From: Stylophora pistillata
Lineage: Eukaryota
Direction: 5' to 3'
Length of the DNA stretch: 64,000 nt
NCBI RefSeq assembly: GCF_002571385.2
Contig: NW_019217908.1
Coordinates: 444,803-508,802 of the forward strand
Shown: positions 1-22,025 of the stretch, in pieces
Numbering within the stretch: position 1 is the stretch's first letter
Layout: the number at the start of each line of letters is the position of its first letter
Notes under the pieces: model-generated
The model's input: the letters and a program-made list of their open reading frames with translations, nothing else
The model's database searches: none
Told to the model about the DNA's origin: nothing
Made by a program: the position numbers and the translations under genes

Positions 1-32
<32 letters not shown>

Positions 33-38
33 GTGTGA
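1..38. repeat. (GT)n microsatellite
   Basis: gtgtgt... run with a few gtat interruptions at the window start. Confidence 0.9.
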
Positions 39-3000
39 GTTTACATATATGGTGTGTATATATACAATGTTGTGGCTGGCTCATGGCGGACGAATCACGA
101 CACTTCCATGAAAAAATAATCGTACCATCCTGGATACCAACCGCGGTTACGAAGCAGGTCATACTGCCGTGGAATTTCTTCATGGCTTTAGAGTTGTTAA
201 TTTTCTTTGTTTTGGCTTAAATGGAAGTATTAGTATATTTACAGCCGAGAAGGCACAATTATTTCGTTACTTTAACAATACAGCTCTTTTAATGAATTTG
301 AACGCTGCTCTTCGTTTACTCAACTAGAAGTCAGTGTTTTGCTCAACCAAGATGGTTCGATTTACAAATATCGACTTCGTATGCATTTGACCTTACTGTC
401 ATGAAATCTCGATTAAGTTTCATGTTGTACTAACCTGATACGAAGTAAACTACCATGAAAATAGCTCTCCTGTGAAAATCCATGTCCACAGACACACGTT
501 TCCTGAACGCTAACACCGTTAAATATTTAACGATCCAGTTAATTGCACAAGTTTTGGGAGTGCGTTTGATAGCCCAATCTCTCTGAAATTGAATATCTTG
601 GAGATAATCAACCAGAAATCGTATTTAAACAAAAGACAAGCCGACTCGAGGATTTTGAAAAGATAACGTTTTGTTGACCTTTATTGCAGAGCTCTACGAC
701 GACCGGCTACGACGGTTTATAATGGCGTTCTAGCAGTGTCTGGTCCATAATCACCTTTTAGTGTATTAAGTAATTAATACTCTTGTTAATAGAGGTGTTT
801 AAATGTATAACAGCGACTTACTGATTGACGCAAGATAAGGAGCTTAAATTTCAAAATGAAGGAGTCAGCGCTATCAACTGAAAGAAACAGAATTTGAGTT
901 TTCAGAAACACAATCTCAACACTAAGAACAACCACAGTAACAATTTTTTTGTCGTAAATTTATGAGTGGGTGGAATCAGTTTTGCAACTCGTGGCGGTTT
1001 TAGGGAAGAAGTCTCGTCACTTCAGTAATGTGTACGTGAAAGTAAAGTGCAGGAAATAGAAATAGCAAGCTATTGTTCCTTGGCTGTCAAAAGTGTCTGG
1101 AATGTATTGATAAATTAGGGCCAAAATACTGTAAAAGTTAAAAAAAAAGGTCGCAGTTACTAACGAGTCACATTAATTTTGAAATGACATTCAAAACAAA
1201 ATATGTCAAAGCGTCAATTTACTACCCCGGGGTAAGAGAGTTGTGCTTGTCGATACTGCTGTGTAGTTTCTTCAGAGACATATATTAACCTTGCTGGTAA
1301 CTTTTCTGTTTTTTTTGCTGCAATAGCCCGGGGCCCTAGTTCCATTGAAGTTGGGATTAACTGATATTTGTTTTGGTATTTCGGCACTTTTCCATTAGTG
1401 ATCACGAACCCGTCGTTGAAAAAAGTACGTGAAAGTCAGGAATACTTTGAAAACCAAGGCGACAAGGATGGTCTGACTGATCATGAAGAAAGCCCGTTAG
1501 CTGGTCAGGGACTTTTCAAGTTGTGTATGTTCGAAAGCAGAACATTCAGCAATCAGACAAAAATACATTTATTTTTCTTTGGTTGATTGATATGAAAAGA
1601 ATTAATGATCATGTGTATTTATAGTTGCAATTTTACACGCCCTGCCTATTAAGGCATAGTTAGTAGGCGGACAAAGTAAGGTAATCTGGGTGTTATTCCA
1701 CATTTGTTCTGTTTTATAGTATTATCATTGTTTCGGTTTATTATCACGGCTTTTTTGTTTTGGTTGATTTGCTTTGACGGGACACGCTCTGACTTAAGTT
1801 GCACAGCAGTTTCGTGATACTGAAACTAATAGCGCTCTAAAGGTATTGTTCAAGTTCTCCTTGAACAAATGTCTGACGCTGGTATAATGGGGTAGCTACG
1901 TGAAGCGAAACATATCGCTTTTAAATAGCTCTCCACTTTAGCACGGAGTAAAAAGTGATTAATATCAGCAAACAAATACACAATATAGACTCGAGTCTGA
2001 TGATTCACAGTTATTAGTAGTGTTCATTTTCGAGGGTAATTAGTAACTTTGGCGTCTGAAAGATGAACGTTTTTCCGGCCGGCGGTAGACCGTGAACTGG
2101 CTATTGCCATTTTGTGTTGGTGTGTGTGACAGTTTCTGAGTGCAACCTGCACTTTTTTTGTTTCAGTATAAAAGCTAGTGTCTTCGAAGGTGAAGTTTTT
2201 TGTTATTCGAAATCTTCAGTTATCGTTAGGTGAACAGAAAAAATCGGCCCCGTTTTATTTTTACGACTTTGTGGGACAAATCAGATCGGACGGAAACGAA
2301 TAAGTGTTTCTACTGATATTCTCTATTCTCTTTTTATGATAAAATATGCAAAGAATATAAAAATATATGTTATGGCTCGGTTCCTACACGGCCATAATTC
2401 TATATTCTGTAAATTCCAAGTATAAAAGGATGACATGATATCCCAGCTTTGTTCTATTGATTTCATTGCTGGTAGATTTGAAAATAACCAACTAGGGAAT
2501 TGTTAACAAAAGACGCTTTTACCAGAAGGGGGGTTTACGTAATAAGCAGCTGGAAGATATTAGTAGGAATTAGAAGATCAGTTACGCGTGAAATGATCTG
2601 TTTACCGTTCTACTGATCCTTTTGGTTGGATCGCAAAGCTGCCCAATACAAGTATACATTTCTCCCCAACTAGTCGTTAATTTGATGCGGTTTTGTCGTC
2701 GGTCAGTGTTAAATTCGAAGTTAATTATATTCCTTAATTATAAAAAATAATAACATGATAACAAAAAAGTTCGTGATCATCCAACATCTGCAAGGCACAG
2801 GCCTCTTAAGAAAGGAAGGATCAATTATGACTGCCGTGTTGCGATTCAATTCATACCTTGCGGGTTTCCAGATGGCCAGAAACTTGGGAAACCTTTTTTT
2901 AAGAGACTCTACTGAACTGAGACACAACACTTTGATTCACTAAATTCAACGACTTTCTGTTGATAGGATTTGATTTAGTTTCAGTTCATTAAATAATTGT

Positions 3001-3537
3001 GTATGAAAGAATGTATGGCATCTTGCGTCCTAACTTTTCTCGAGCACGGACTCCGATCAAACTCCGATCGTCTCGAGTGGGAGGAGCGCGGGCCCATTTT
3101 CCAAACAGCAACTCGTAATCAACCTTTCGTAACCACTTTGTTGATATAAGATACAACGAATGGTCCTTTTTTGTCCTCTAAAATGTCATCATTGGCATTT
3201 GTCAGTCAAAAGGATGTTACTCATTTGAACTAGCATCCGCTATTTGACGCTTGCTTTAAGTGATAAAAAATAATTCATATTGTCGGTATTTTATAACTAC
3301 GAGTTTCCAGAAACTTATAAAAGCAATGCGCATTTGTGTGACAGCTTTAATCTAGGGGAAAAATCATTAGTCTTTTCTTTTCACCGACAATATGAATCAT
3401 TTTTTATCACTTCAAACAGACGTCGAATAGCGGATGCGTTTCTTATTTAGCTAAAAAGGTTTTTACTAGTTCAGATAAGTAACTTCGTATTTCTTTGACT
3501 TGGACTATTTCTAGATCTGATGATTGTGTATCACTAA

Positions 3538-4349
3538 GGTCCCGTCTACACGAGCAATTTTTAGATGGCAACTGTATGTGGCAATTTTTATTTGCCCGTG
3601 TAGATAAGCCCCATCTACACGAGCAATTTTTATATGGCCACTGTATGTGGCAATTTTTATTTGCCCGTGTAGATGGCTCGACAAATATTTGTTGTTAATT
3701 TGCGTCAGTAATAATTTCGCACAGCGGAGATGCTCATGGAAAGCAAAAAAGCAAGATGGCGAAAGTCAGAAGATGTGCCAGACGTGTTGCAGCTTTAGGC
3801 GCGTTTGTAGTGATGACAATGGTGCATAGAATAGAAAAGAGCAACAGAAAGCGGAGAAAATTTTGGATGAAGGCCTGGAAGAGAAGAGAGAGCGAAGAGA
3901 GACGCAAGGACTTGCGACCAACTTGGTGAAGGAATTGTATGGCAAGAATCTCTTCGTGTTCCTTGTTTTTCGTATTACGGTTCTTATATTTCTCGCTGCG
4001 ACTATTCCACAAACTTTCCCTATCTCGCAACGACTCTAATAATAAGGAAACAAGCGCATCTGTCCATCTACAAGAGGTACTCGAGGAAGCCGCCATGCTG
4101 GATGCGTAAATGTTAGGGACTGGGTTCTACAAATGACGTTGAAAAAATTGTCACATTTTATGTGGCGTCTCATCTACACGGACAATTTTTTATGCGGCAA
4201 TTTTTATTTGCCACATAAAAACTAACACGTCAGCTTTTCAGCAAATGCAGTTGTCACATAAAAATTGGTCATTTTTCATCATCTACACAGGCAAATAAAA
4301 ATTTCCACATAAAAATTGCCATATAAAAATTGCTCGTGTAGACGGGGCT
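3538..4349. mobile_element. Internally deleted PIF/Harbinger DNA transposon
   Basis: TIRs GGTCCCGTCTACACGAGCAATTTTT / AAAAATTGCTCGTGTAGACGGGGCT; TAA on both sides (3535-3537, 4350-4352). + strand from 3756 encodes MAKVRR...KRRKFWMKAWKRR, like a Harbinger transposase N-terminus. - strand from 4096 encodes MAASSSTSCRWTDALVSLLLESLRDRESLWNSRSEKYKNRNTK, like a MADF/Myb-SANT N-terminus. Confidence 0.85.
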
Positions 4350-5035
4350 TAATTGTGGGAGAACTTATGCAGTGAAACTGAAGCGTCATAAACAGTAAAT
4401 TGTCGAATTTCAGTAACTCAACTTCAAATATAGCGGCCCGTTTAGTCATTCAACAAGCTTCCTACAGGATGATTACGCACTCTCCTTCCGTTGAGAAAGA
4501 ACGAATCGCTGAATCGCTTGGTAAGAAATAAAAGCAAAAATGCGAAAAAAAAAAATTCTTTAGAAAGTTCCTATGTACAAATCATAAAATGGAAAAATAA
4601 AACGCAATTATTAACTGAAAGAGGAAATTGTTGAATTAAAAGAACATCCGGTCCACATCGGATTCACAAAAAAGTAAACTTTGACCCAATACAATTGCGT
4701 TTTATTCCGAATACCTTTACATATACTAGTATGCTATAATAAATCAATTCAAATTCTGTTTTAAATTGATCCTTTACTAGTTTGCACATACAGTGTGGAT
4801 ATGTGCTTTATTGTTTCGAAAACTGATGTCCGCTTTCCATCTTGGATGTTACATATATCCGATTCACTAGTAACACCGACAAGGGAGCAAGATATCAACG
4901 TAAAAAATATATCCGGGAGATGGCCAACAAATAGTCTTTTACATCTTTCCGAGTCAACCTCGTTCCCAGTGTCACTCGTGTTCTTACCCGTCCCCCTTCA
5001 GAGGGCGGGACGAGAAAAGACCTAGAACCTGCATG

Positions 5036-6303
5036 CTCACTGAGCAGGCGGTGTGCGCACCCTGATCGCGGTGTATAGTGGTCGTAAAACAAAAATTGAG
5101 TAATTTGCATCTTGGCGCGTTGGAGTGAACTTCTTTGGTGGCAGTGAGATAGCGTGAATATATGTGGATTGTAATGGAGAATCACTGCCTGTTGCCGTTC
5201 CTTCGAAAGTTTAAAAGTTTGACGGGCGTCCGCGACTCCCGTCATACCTCAGTGACGAGTTCGTTCTTAGAGGGTAACTGACGTTATGTAGAAAGATTCG
5301 AAACTGCAATCTGCCTAAGAATCTCGACACAAATGGCAAAAGTTAAACTCACAACCAGTGGCGGGATGAATAATTTCAAAGTCAGAAATTATATTCCTAG
5401 ACGCGAGTTATTTGACAGGGAATTGACCCTTGACATGCAAACGCATATTAAGTTAAAGAGGCAGAGACCAAGTAATACACGAACTTTTTCCACCAAGTGT
5501 AAATACGGGATTTGTAAAAGGAGAAGCCCCTCGCCTCCTAAGAACGAATTTGTCTCGCTCCACGTTTAGCAAAAACGTTCAGTTTCGAAATACCCTTCAA
5601 GAATGGAGGAAACCTAGATGAGGGTTTTGAGAAACGTATCTCTTGAGTTATTTCTGCCAGAGAGAAGTATACTCTAAAACAAAGAAAGTATCGCGTGCAC
5701 TGAAGAAAATATTGCCTTTGTAACGCAATCTCATCCGACTTTGCCAAACCTAAAGAACATACAGATGGGAAATGACACCTCAAAACTGAACCTTATTATC
5801 ACATCGCAAAGGAAAGTCATTAACAGCTACCCTAATAAGAGCTAAACTTTGAGGGTAGAAGATTTAAAAGCGCTCGCGAATGGTTGGAGACTTAAAGGCC
5901 TCCTTTCAACGGTCGACTGCCTTTTGCTTTCCGGCTTTCCGGCGTGTCGCCTCACACAAAGTAGAGGTTTTCATGGGACAAGTGACTCTTTTCGTTGCTC
6001 TAATTAAACTGTCGTTCATTCAGTGATTAAGATAGAACATTTACCACACAACACTCGCGATTACTTCATTTTCCTTCACTTAGGAAAGTGGATTTACAAC
6101 GCAATTGAGTACATATAATAAATGTCCTTGCAGTAGTAACGCTATGTAACGCAACACACTAAACGCAACAATAGGCTTTTTCGCTCCACAAAAGGGTCTC
6201 AAACACTAAAATCTGCCGATTTCTGCCACTTTTACTGCCATATTGAAAATAAAGCTACCACAATGCAATGCAATCGGAGTGCGCACACCGCCTGCTCACC
6301 GAG
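5036..6303. mobile_element. Putative non-autonomous TIR DNA element, family unassigned
   Basis: Perfect 20-bp inverted repeat TGAGCAGGCGGTGTGCGCAC (5041-5060) / GTGCGCACACCGCCTGCTCA (6279-6298), extending imperfectly to about 45 bp; no clear TSD or transposase. Confidence 0.6.
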
Positions 6304-7487
6304 ATATAAAATCGAGATATATACTTCCCTGTGACTCACAACACCAAACTAAATGAGCCATAGATAAGTTATCGAAATTACATAAATAAAAAGTTAATTT
6401 ATTGCGGCGCAATCAAAAATAACTACACAGTGCAGGTTACTGATACCGTGCGGGCTATATTCAGCCTGGAAAATTCTTTTACTTCCTTGTAACAATAGAG
6501 CCACCGCGCCGCCTTTGATTTATAAAGGCCCCTGTTAATGATGTTATCAGTGCTAATTTACAAGGTGCGTGGCATGAAAAAGTTACTTGAGGATTGTAGA
6601 ATTTGTTTCAAATGGATGAGCGGTCCGTGACCTGTTCCAGAAGATTGGAAAGTGACTGTGCTATAAAAACAAAAGAATGAAACTGCAACAAGTAATTGCT
6701 GACGGTCGAGACACGTCATTCATAATTGTAATATTAAGTAGCGTTCTCTGAGTGTTTTCTTTAATTTTCCCAGGGGAAAACCTTCAGGATTCTTCCTAAA
6801 TCCCCGAATGTTTCCCTTTCACAGTATTGCAGCACAGCAAATTCCTTGGATAAACAAGCATAAGTGCATTTTAATGATGTAATGCTCGACCGAATATTAT
6901 TTTGATATTAATTTTCTGACGCAGTGTTTTTGGTTTCGAATCATTTGACCGTCACGTTCTAGAATTCTGAAGGAAAGTTGTAGAACTTTTGATTTGCGAA
7001 AAACAACTCGAACGCGTTGACGCAGATGTAAATGCTACCAAGATACTTAGGAAACCAATCTGAAAGGTAAAAAATTCAGTGAATATATATTTGGGTTATA
7101 TTTTCGCGCAAGTACTCAGTGGCCAAAGATGATGACTTGAAGTAAACTGTGGTAAATATCAGATTCTGAAAAAGTGTAAATGTTTTTTTGATTTATAGCG
7201 AAGTGACACGTTTACGACGCAATCGAGATACAACTTTTAAAAATATTCACTTGAACGAGGGTCTCCACTCTACATAAACACTCAAGATTGGATTCAAGAC
7301 CGCATATACAGCTACATGTATAATTCCGAATAAACGATGCAGTGAGAAGTTTCTGGGGAATATTTAAAGAACTAACGACAATTAAAGGTGGGTATTGAAG
7401 GCATTTGAGATATCAAAAGTTTCCTTTTGGCAAGTTGATTTAACGCAAATATGGAAATTTTTTACAGACTTCAGGTCAAATATGGAT

Positions 7488-7637
7488 CGCACTTCCGGTC
7501 CAACGTTGGCTTCACAGCTTTGTTCCATAATATCCCTTGGCAAAAAGAATATCCGCTCTCCTCCTCAAACTTTCCCAGTTCATCTCTGTTTCCTCTGATT
7601 TCGTTTTACAATACCCTCAATAGAATGAACTTCCGTT
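7488..7637. promoter_or_regulatory. Candidate PTEN promoter with ETS-type motifs
   Basis: CACTTCCGG (~7490) and AACTTCCGT (~7628) lie 100-250 bp upstream of the first PTEN ATG; motif match only. Confidence 0.3.
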
Positions 7638-7733
7638 GTCAGCGCTAAAATTTTTCCCCTTATTTGTATAGCTTCAGTAATCTTCAAGTTTGTTGTGAAT
7701 TTCTCTTTCCTTCAGCAGTCTGTTGCTGTCGAG

Positions 7734-7821
7734 ATGGGGCTCATTTTCGAATTTCTGAAGCACCGCGTCAGCAAAGAAAAAAGAAGATTCACAGATGATG
7801 GATTTGACCTCGATCTAACTT
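7734..7821 (+). CDS. PTEN: PTEN alternative first coding exon 1a
   Basis: MGLIFEFLKHRVSKEKRRFTDDGFDLDLT plus 1 nt, followed by U12-type donor GTATCCTTT (7822); phase 1, compatible with exon 2 at 9216. Confidence 0.85.
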
Positions 7822-8170
7822 GTATCCTTTCGACACAAACGTTGGAAGTAGCTAGTCAGTTTTAAATTGTTATCAACTTGCGGGTGATTACGGGCATAAC
7901 AACGAGGGTTTCGGGATTCTAGCCCAGTTCCTCTATAAGACCATATTTGGGTGAGGACCTTCGGCATGCTGCAAATTTGGCGGAGAGCTTGTTAAATGTG
8001 ATAGTTTGTCTTGCCGTAATGTACCGTAGAATTCTGCAGTTACTGACATAATTATCGGTGAAGGAATCATTGAAGTATGTGTCAGAGGAGGAACAGCCAA
8101 AATTAACGGACAGAAGCGGGTTTCTGAAGAAGGTTTTCGTTAACTCACTCGGTAACAGTCACCTTCTGAG

Positions 8171-17568
<9,398 letters not shown>

Positions 17569-17760
17569 GAAAGAAAGCTGGTAGTTCTGAGGAAATTTCA
17601 AAGACCAAAAATTAAATTTTGGGAATGGATAGGCCAGTATGACTTTTTTTTTTAGCAACATTAGTTGAGTTTAATACACATGTACAATGTGACAAATTAG
17701 TTTGGATAGTAATTTGTAGCAATTTAAAACTATGTTTTATATGAGTAGATAGGGTACTTC

Positions 17761-17969
17761 TTAACCTTTTAATTCCCAAGAACTAATTGTTAATTCTCTT
17801 CTCTAGCTGCTACACAATTTCTTGTAAATAAGTAACAAGAATTTGGTGTTAGATCAAGAGAACAACCTCAAGCTGACAAGTTTGAGTATTCTCATAACCT
17901 GTTTACCAGATGTGTGAATATTGTAGAAATAAGTTACATGTTAATCACTTGTGGGAGTTGAGGGATTAA
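17761..17969. mobile_element. TTAA-flanked MITE copy, probable PTEN 3' UTR
   Basis: Collinear similarity to 13572-13784. Confidence 0.7.
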
Positions 17970-18355
17970 TGATACATGTACCTGTATATAGCTTATAACT
18001 TTGAATCTCATGTGGGAAGGAATTACACTCTGTTTGTGCTGTACTGATTGGATTAAGTACCCTGTTTCTAAAAGGCTGTCTTCTGTCGACACTCTGAGCT
18101 ATAACCATTTGGTGGTCAATGGAGGGGAAAAAAGTTCAGCAGTGTAATTTACCAGTTTGGTGACTTGGTTTTGGCAGTCATGTAGTGACTCTTTTCATTA
18201 TGCATTCTTAATCTTCTTGGAAAGTTGAAGAGAGATAAACTTACATACAAATGCAAATTTCAGTCCTTGCCAAGTTTGGAAATTGCTCCTAATGTTTTGT
18301 TGAGAGAATAAAATGGAAAAAAGTCTCAAGTAAGTGCCTGGTATCCCTTCAATCC

Positions 18356-18544
18356 TTAAACCCTCAAACCCTCAAGATCTGATTGTTAATTCTCACCTCC
18401 AGTTGCTACACTTTTTGTTGTAAATTAGTAATAAGAATTTAGTATGTGATCCAGATCAAAATTCTCATCACTGTTTGCTAGGTACTGTGTGAATATTGTA
18501 AGGAGAAGTGAAATGTTAATCACTTTTGGGAGTTAATAGGTTAA
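18356..18544. mobile_element. TTAA-flanked MITE copy, internally shortened
   Basis: Similar to 13572-13784 and 17761-17969. Confidence 0.65.
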
Positions 18545-21500
18545 GCACCCACCTATTTTCACCTAAAAGAAAAGATTTCCTTGGGGTACAAAAAGAAATG
18601 ACTGCAATAACATGCCTGTCTCATAACTATTCATATGGTCACCAAAAGGTTTGTTTTTTGCATTTGTTTTGCTTATTTTCATGGAAACTTAGTTTTGCAA
18701 AAACAAAAGAAACAAAAAAAAAAAAAAGATATATAATTTGATTGCCATGTTAGATTTTGTCATTTTGTTTATAAAAAGTGTTTTGTAAGGAACTTCATTT
18801 CACCCAAAAAAAAAGGAATGTAAAAAGCTGATCCACATGGAAAAACAAAGGCAGCAAATTTTTTTGCTTGCATGTTATTTTGGAGTAAAGTGCTCTGCAG
18901 AGCTGTTTCTGTAAACTGTGGTTGCAAGAATTGATTTTCAAAATTTCTCTCTTTTACTCAGAGGGCATAACTTGGTCTTAAAAGGCTCAGGATTCAGAGT
19001 CAGTTTCTTAATGTAGTAATGAAAATTTGCATCAAAATATTTAGTATACTTAGAAAATTTATCATATTAGATTTTAGGATTTTCCATCATCTCTTTTATG
19101 TTTTGTCTTGTTTTGTTTTGTTTTGTAAATGATTAACAATCAGGTGGCATTAAAATCAGTACCAATAAATAGTTTTGTTTTTTTCATGTAGTGAATTAAT
19201 TGAATTGGACCATTTTTTGCATCTCAGTAAAAGGACAAAATATATATTTGTTTATGTGTGAGATGTTAAAACTGTTTGAGATCACTTTTCATACTTGACA
19301 TTCTTAGAGTGGTCTCGGACTTAGTGAAGTGAGGTTTGCATAAATGTCTAGCAATTGGACAATACTTGGGGTCAGGGGCAATACCCCTGCCAAGAATGTT
19401 GAAATAAAGGTCTTAAAAAAGTTATTTCTGTGTTTTGGAGGTAATTGTAGATAAAACGAGATAAATATGCATGTGTTTAGAAGTTTTTCAGCTCAGTGTA
19501 AGGGGTTTAACCAAACCACCTGAAGCAGCCTTGGATTCACCCAGCATTCTAGACAGGAGTGTATACCTCAGTGTAGCTGTTCTGTTTATCCTCTATCTGG
19601 TACAGCATTAAGTTCCAATGATTCACTTTTTATTTATATTGGTAGTACATGTGACATTAAGAGTTAAGCCCTAACTAGAAGGGAACGACAAAAAGAAGTT
19701 TCCTTAAATGCTCAATTCCACAATTAGCTCAGTCTCAGTCAGTGATTTTAAACTCACTTCATGAACTCGAGAGAATTTCAAAAAAAGGCAATATGGAGTT
19801 TGTTTGATACTCCAATTAGCTTTCAAGGGGGCAAACTTTCAATCTGCATTTAACATGTATGTAATAATTTTTTTGGTGCTATGATGTGGGGGTCACGAAA
19901 CAACAATGTAAAACCAAACTCTCAGCAGCATGTTAGCAGGGAGGACTGCCAGCTGGTGAGATGTTGCTGTCAGATCTAAAACTTAGGTAACCATAGTTTT
20001 GCTATTATTTTGAAATAAATTGTCAGTGAAAGAGATATGCTTTACTTTTAAGTTTCTTTCAAAAGAGATAGCATGTTTTTTAGGCAACATACAAATATCA
20101 TTGAATTCGACCACTGATAACTTTGTAGCTCTTTTTGCGTGTCAGTGGTTATTAATGATAGTGTTGTTTGAGAGAGGTTGTTTATTTTGTTGTTTTCTAG
20201 CTTAAAATTTCACTCCTTTTTAGGCACAATTGATTTATGTATGATATATGTCAGATTTTATTGTTTTAAGGAGTTTTATTTCACTTCAGTCACTAAGGGA
20301 GTGAACCTTGCCTCCCCTCCCCCACCCCCTTTTCTGATTCAACCTCTACCTGGACTGAGCAATTAACTTTTCAAAAGGTTTCAACCTGACTTCCTTTATT
20401 TTAACTCCAACCTATTACACAAAAGGAAAAAAAATATCTTGTTTACATCATGGCCTTCCCCAGGACAGCCCTTACTGAATTGTGTGAATGAACTAGACAA
20501 AAACAATAATTGTTTGGATAATTGATCATCAATAAAAACAGGCAATGTTGTGATAGAATAGTAAATATTCTATCACAACATTGAAAACAGAGAAAATTAA
20601 ATCTGTATGGTTCCAACTGGTACATCTCTTAATGGTGCTGTAGCTGGACATCATAAAAGTAATCTATGGGCAGTGTGATATGACTGATTCCGTGTTTTAT
20701 TCATCGATTTAAGCACATTATTGGTCAGAAAAAGGCACAAGCAAATCACTGAGTCAGCCAGTGAAATACTACAGAACAATCTGGGAACTTCTTAAAGTCT
20801 GTAAACTCCTTGGGCATATCTTTCAAAGCCTACGCTGGCAAGATTCCAAGGTCTCACCTAATTATTTTATCTCTTACAAAATGTCGAACTGTTCACTCGA
20901 GGGACATTTTCCAGAGCAAATAGCAAGTTCTGGGCATAATCTAAGATCTTGGCCGTGATCAAACTAGGTTGGACATTTCCTCCAACGAACACATTAAAGA
21001 TCAACGGCTAGTTTATTTTGGGAATCTGGCCAAAATGCCAGCATTGTGTTCCCGCAGACTCTGTAAAACCAGACCACTACTTCTTACACAATCTTTAAAA
21101 AACACTCTGAAGGACACTATCTACTAGTTTTTTTCTTTATTACTAAAGCTTTACCTCAAAATATAAAATTACCAGGAGCACATGAATGTTTTGTACAAGA
21201 CAGCTGACGTAAAAGTTACTGAAAGTAAATTTCTAACATACTTGTTTACAAAACAGCATATCTTGGCCAAGTATTCGGCGACACAACCGCATATACGTTG
21301 TCATGGAAACACCAGGAGCCGATACAATCGCATCGACATCTCCGACATTCTTGAGTGAAACTTTTGCAACCATATCATTGACGATTTCCAAGACATAAGT
21401 ACACTACAACATTTACATGCGCTAAAGTCGGAAAAGTTTAATTTTTTGTTATCCCTTTTCTTCAACGTGGTTCGACCTCTACTGAAACAACAAGTTCCTC

Positions 21501-21695
21501 TTCAGTTCTGTGTAGATTGATTTTTCCTGAAATACAGTCAGTTGTCTCCTCCGATTTCTTGGTTACATTTAAATCGGTATGACATTCAGTTGCGTGATCT
21601 GTGCCGCAGGTGTTAGGTGGCGAAGGTACCTCTTCGCTTGAATCGATTTCATCATCCACCACTTGGATCTCGATTAATTCCTCATCATCAACATT

Positions 21696-22025
21696 CTAAA
21701 CCGCTTCTTCACCTTCCGTGGCTTGCAGGTCTTCCTGAACTTGATCACCAGTTGATTTCTCGCCAATGCTGCTTCCTTCAAGCACCAGATTTCTCTCAAA
21801 GTCGCACCCCTCGATAGAACCTCCCAATAAAGACAATCGTACGTTCTCAGCGAACACTTCAAAATCGGTGTCGTATTCCGGATCGAAGAGAGGATTTAAC
21901 GGGTCCCCTAGATTTGGATTGTACAGTAAAAACAGCAATCCCTGAACACAGTCCTCCAGAGTATTGGTTTCGGCCCATTCACTGAACAGATTTAAGCATA
22001 TTTCGCCCTGATCGTCGATGTTTGG
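21696..22025 (-). CDS. UBC12/UBE2M-like E2 conjugating enzyme, 3' part (5' end in gap)
   Basis: PNIDDQGEICLNLFSEW...QGLLFLLYNPNLGDPLN...FAENVRLSLLGGSIEGCDFERNL: (H)PN motif, catalytic Cys, DPLN and UBC12-type C-terminal helix. The frame stays open past the TAG to 21462. Confidence 0.8.
   Translation of the reverse strand, partial: PNIDDQGEICLNLFSEWAETNTLEDCVQGLLFLLYNPNLGDPLNPLFDPEYDTDFEVFAENVRLSLLGGSIEGCDFERNLVLEGSSIGEKSTGDQVQEDLQATEGEEAV

Noticed and set aside
1-7715. Possible voltage-sensor exons that would make exon 1a part of a VSP/TPTE gene
   Set aside because: No transmembrane or S4-like RxxRxxR exon recognised; the active site is PTEN-type HCKAGKGR.
20640-21060. Slightly coding-looking stretch downstream of the E2 gene
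   Set aside because: Only short frames, with no recognisable motif or splice pattern.
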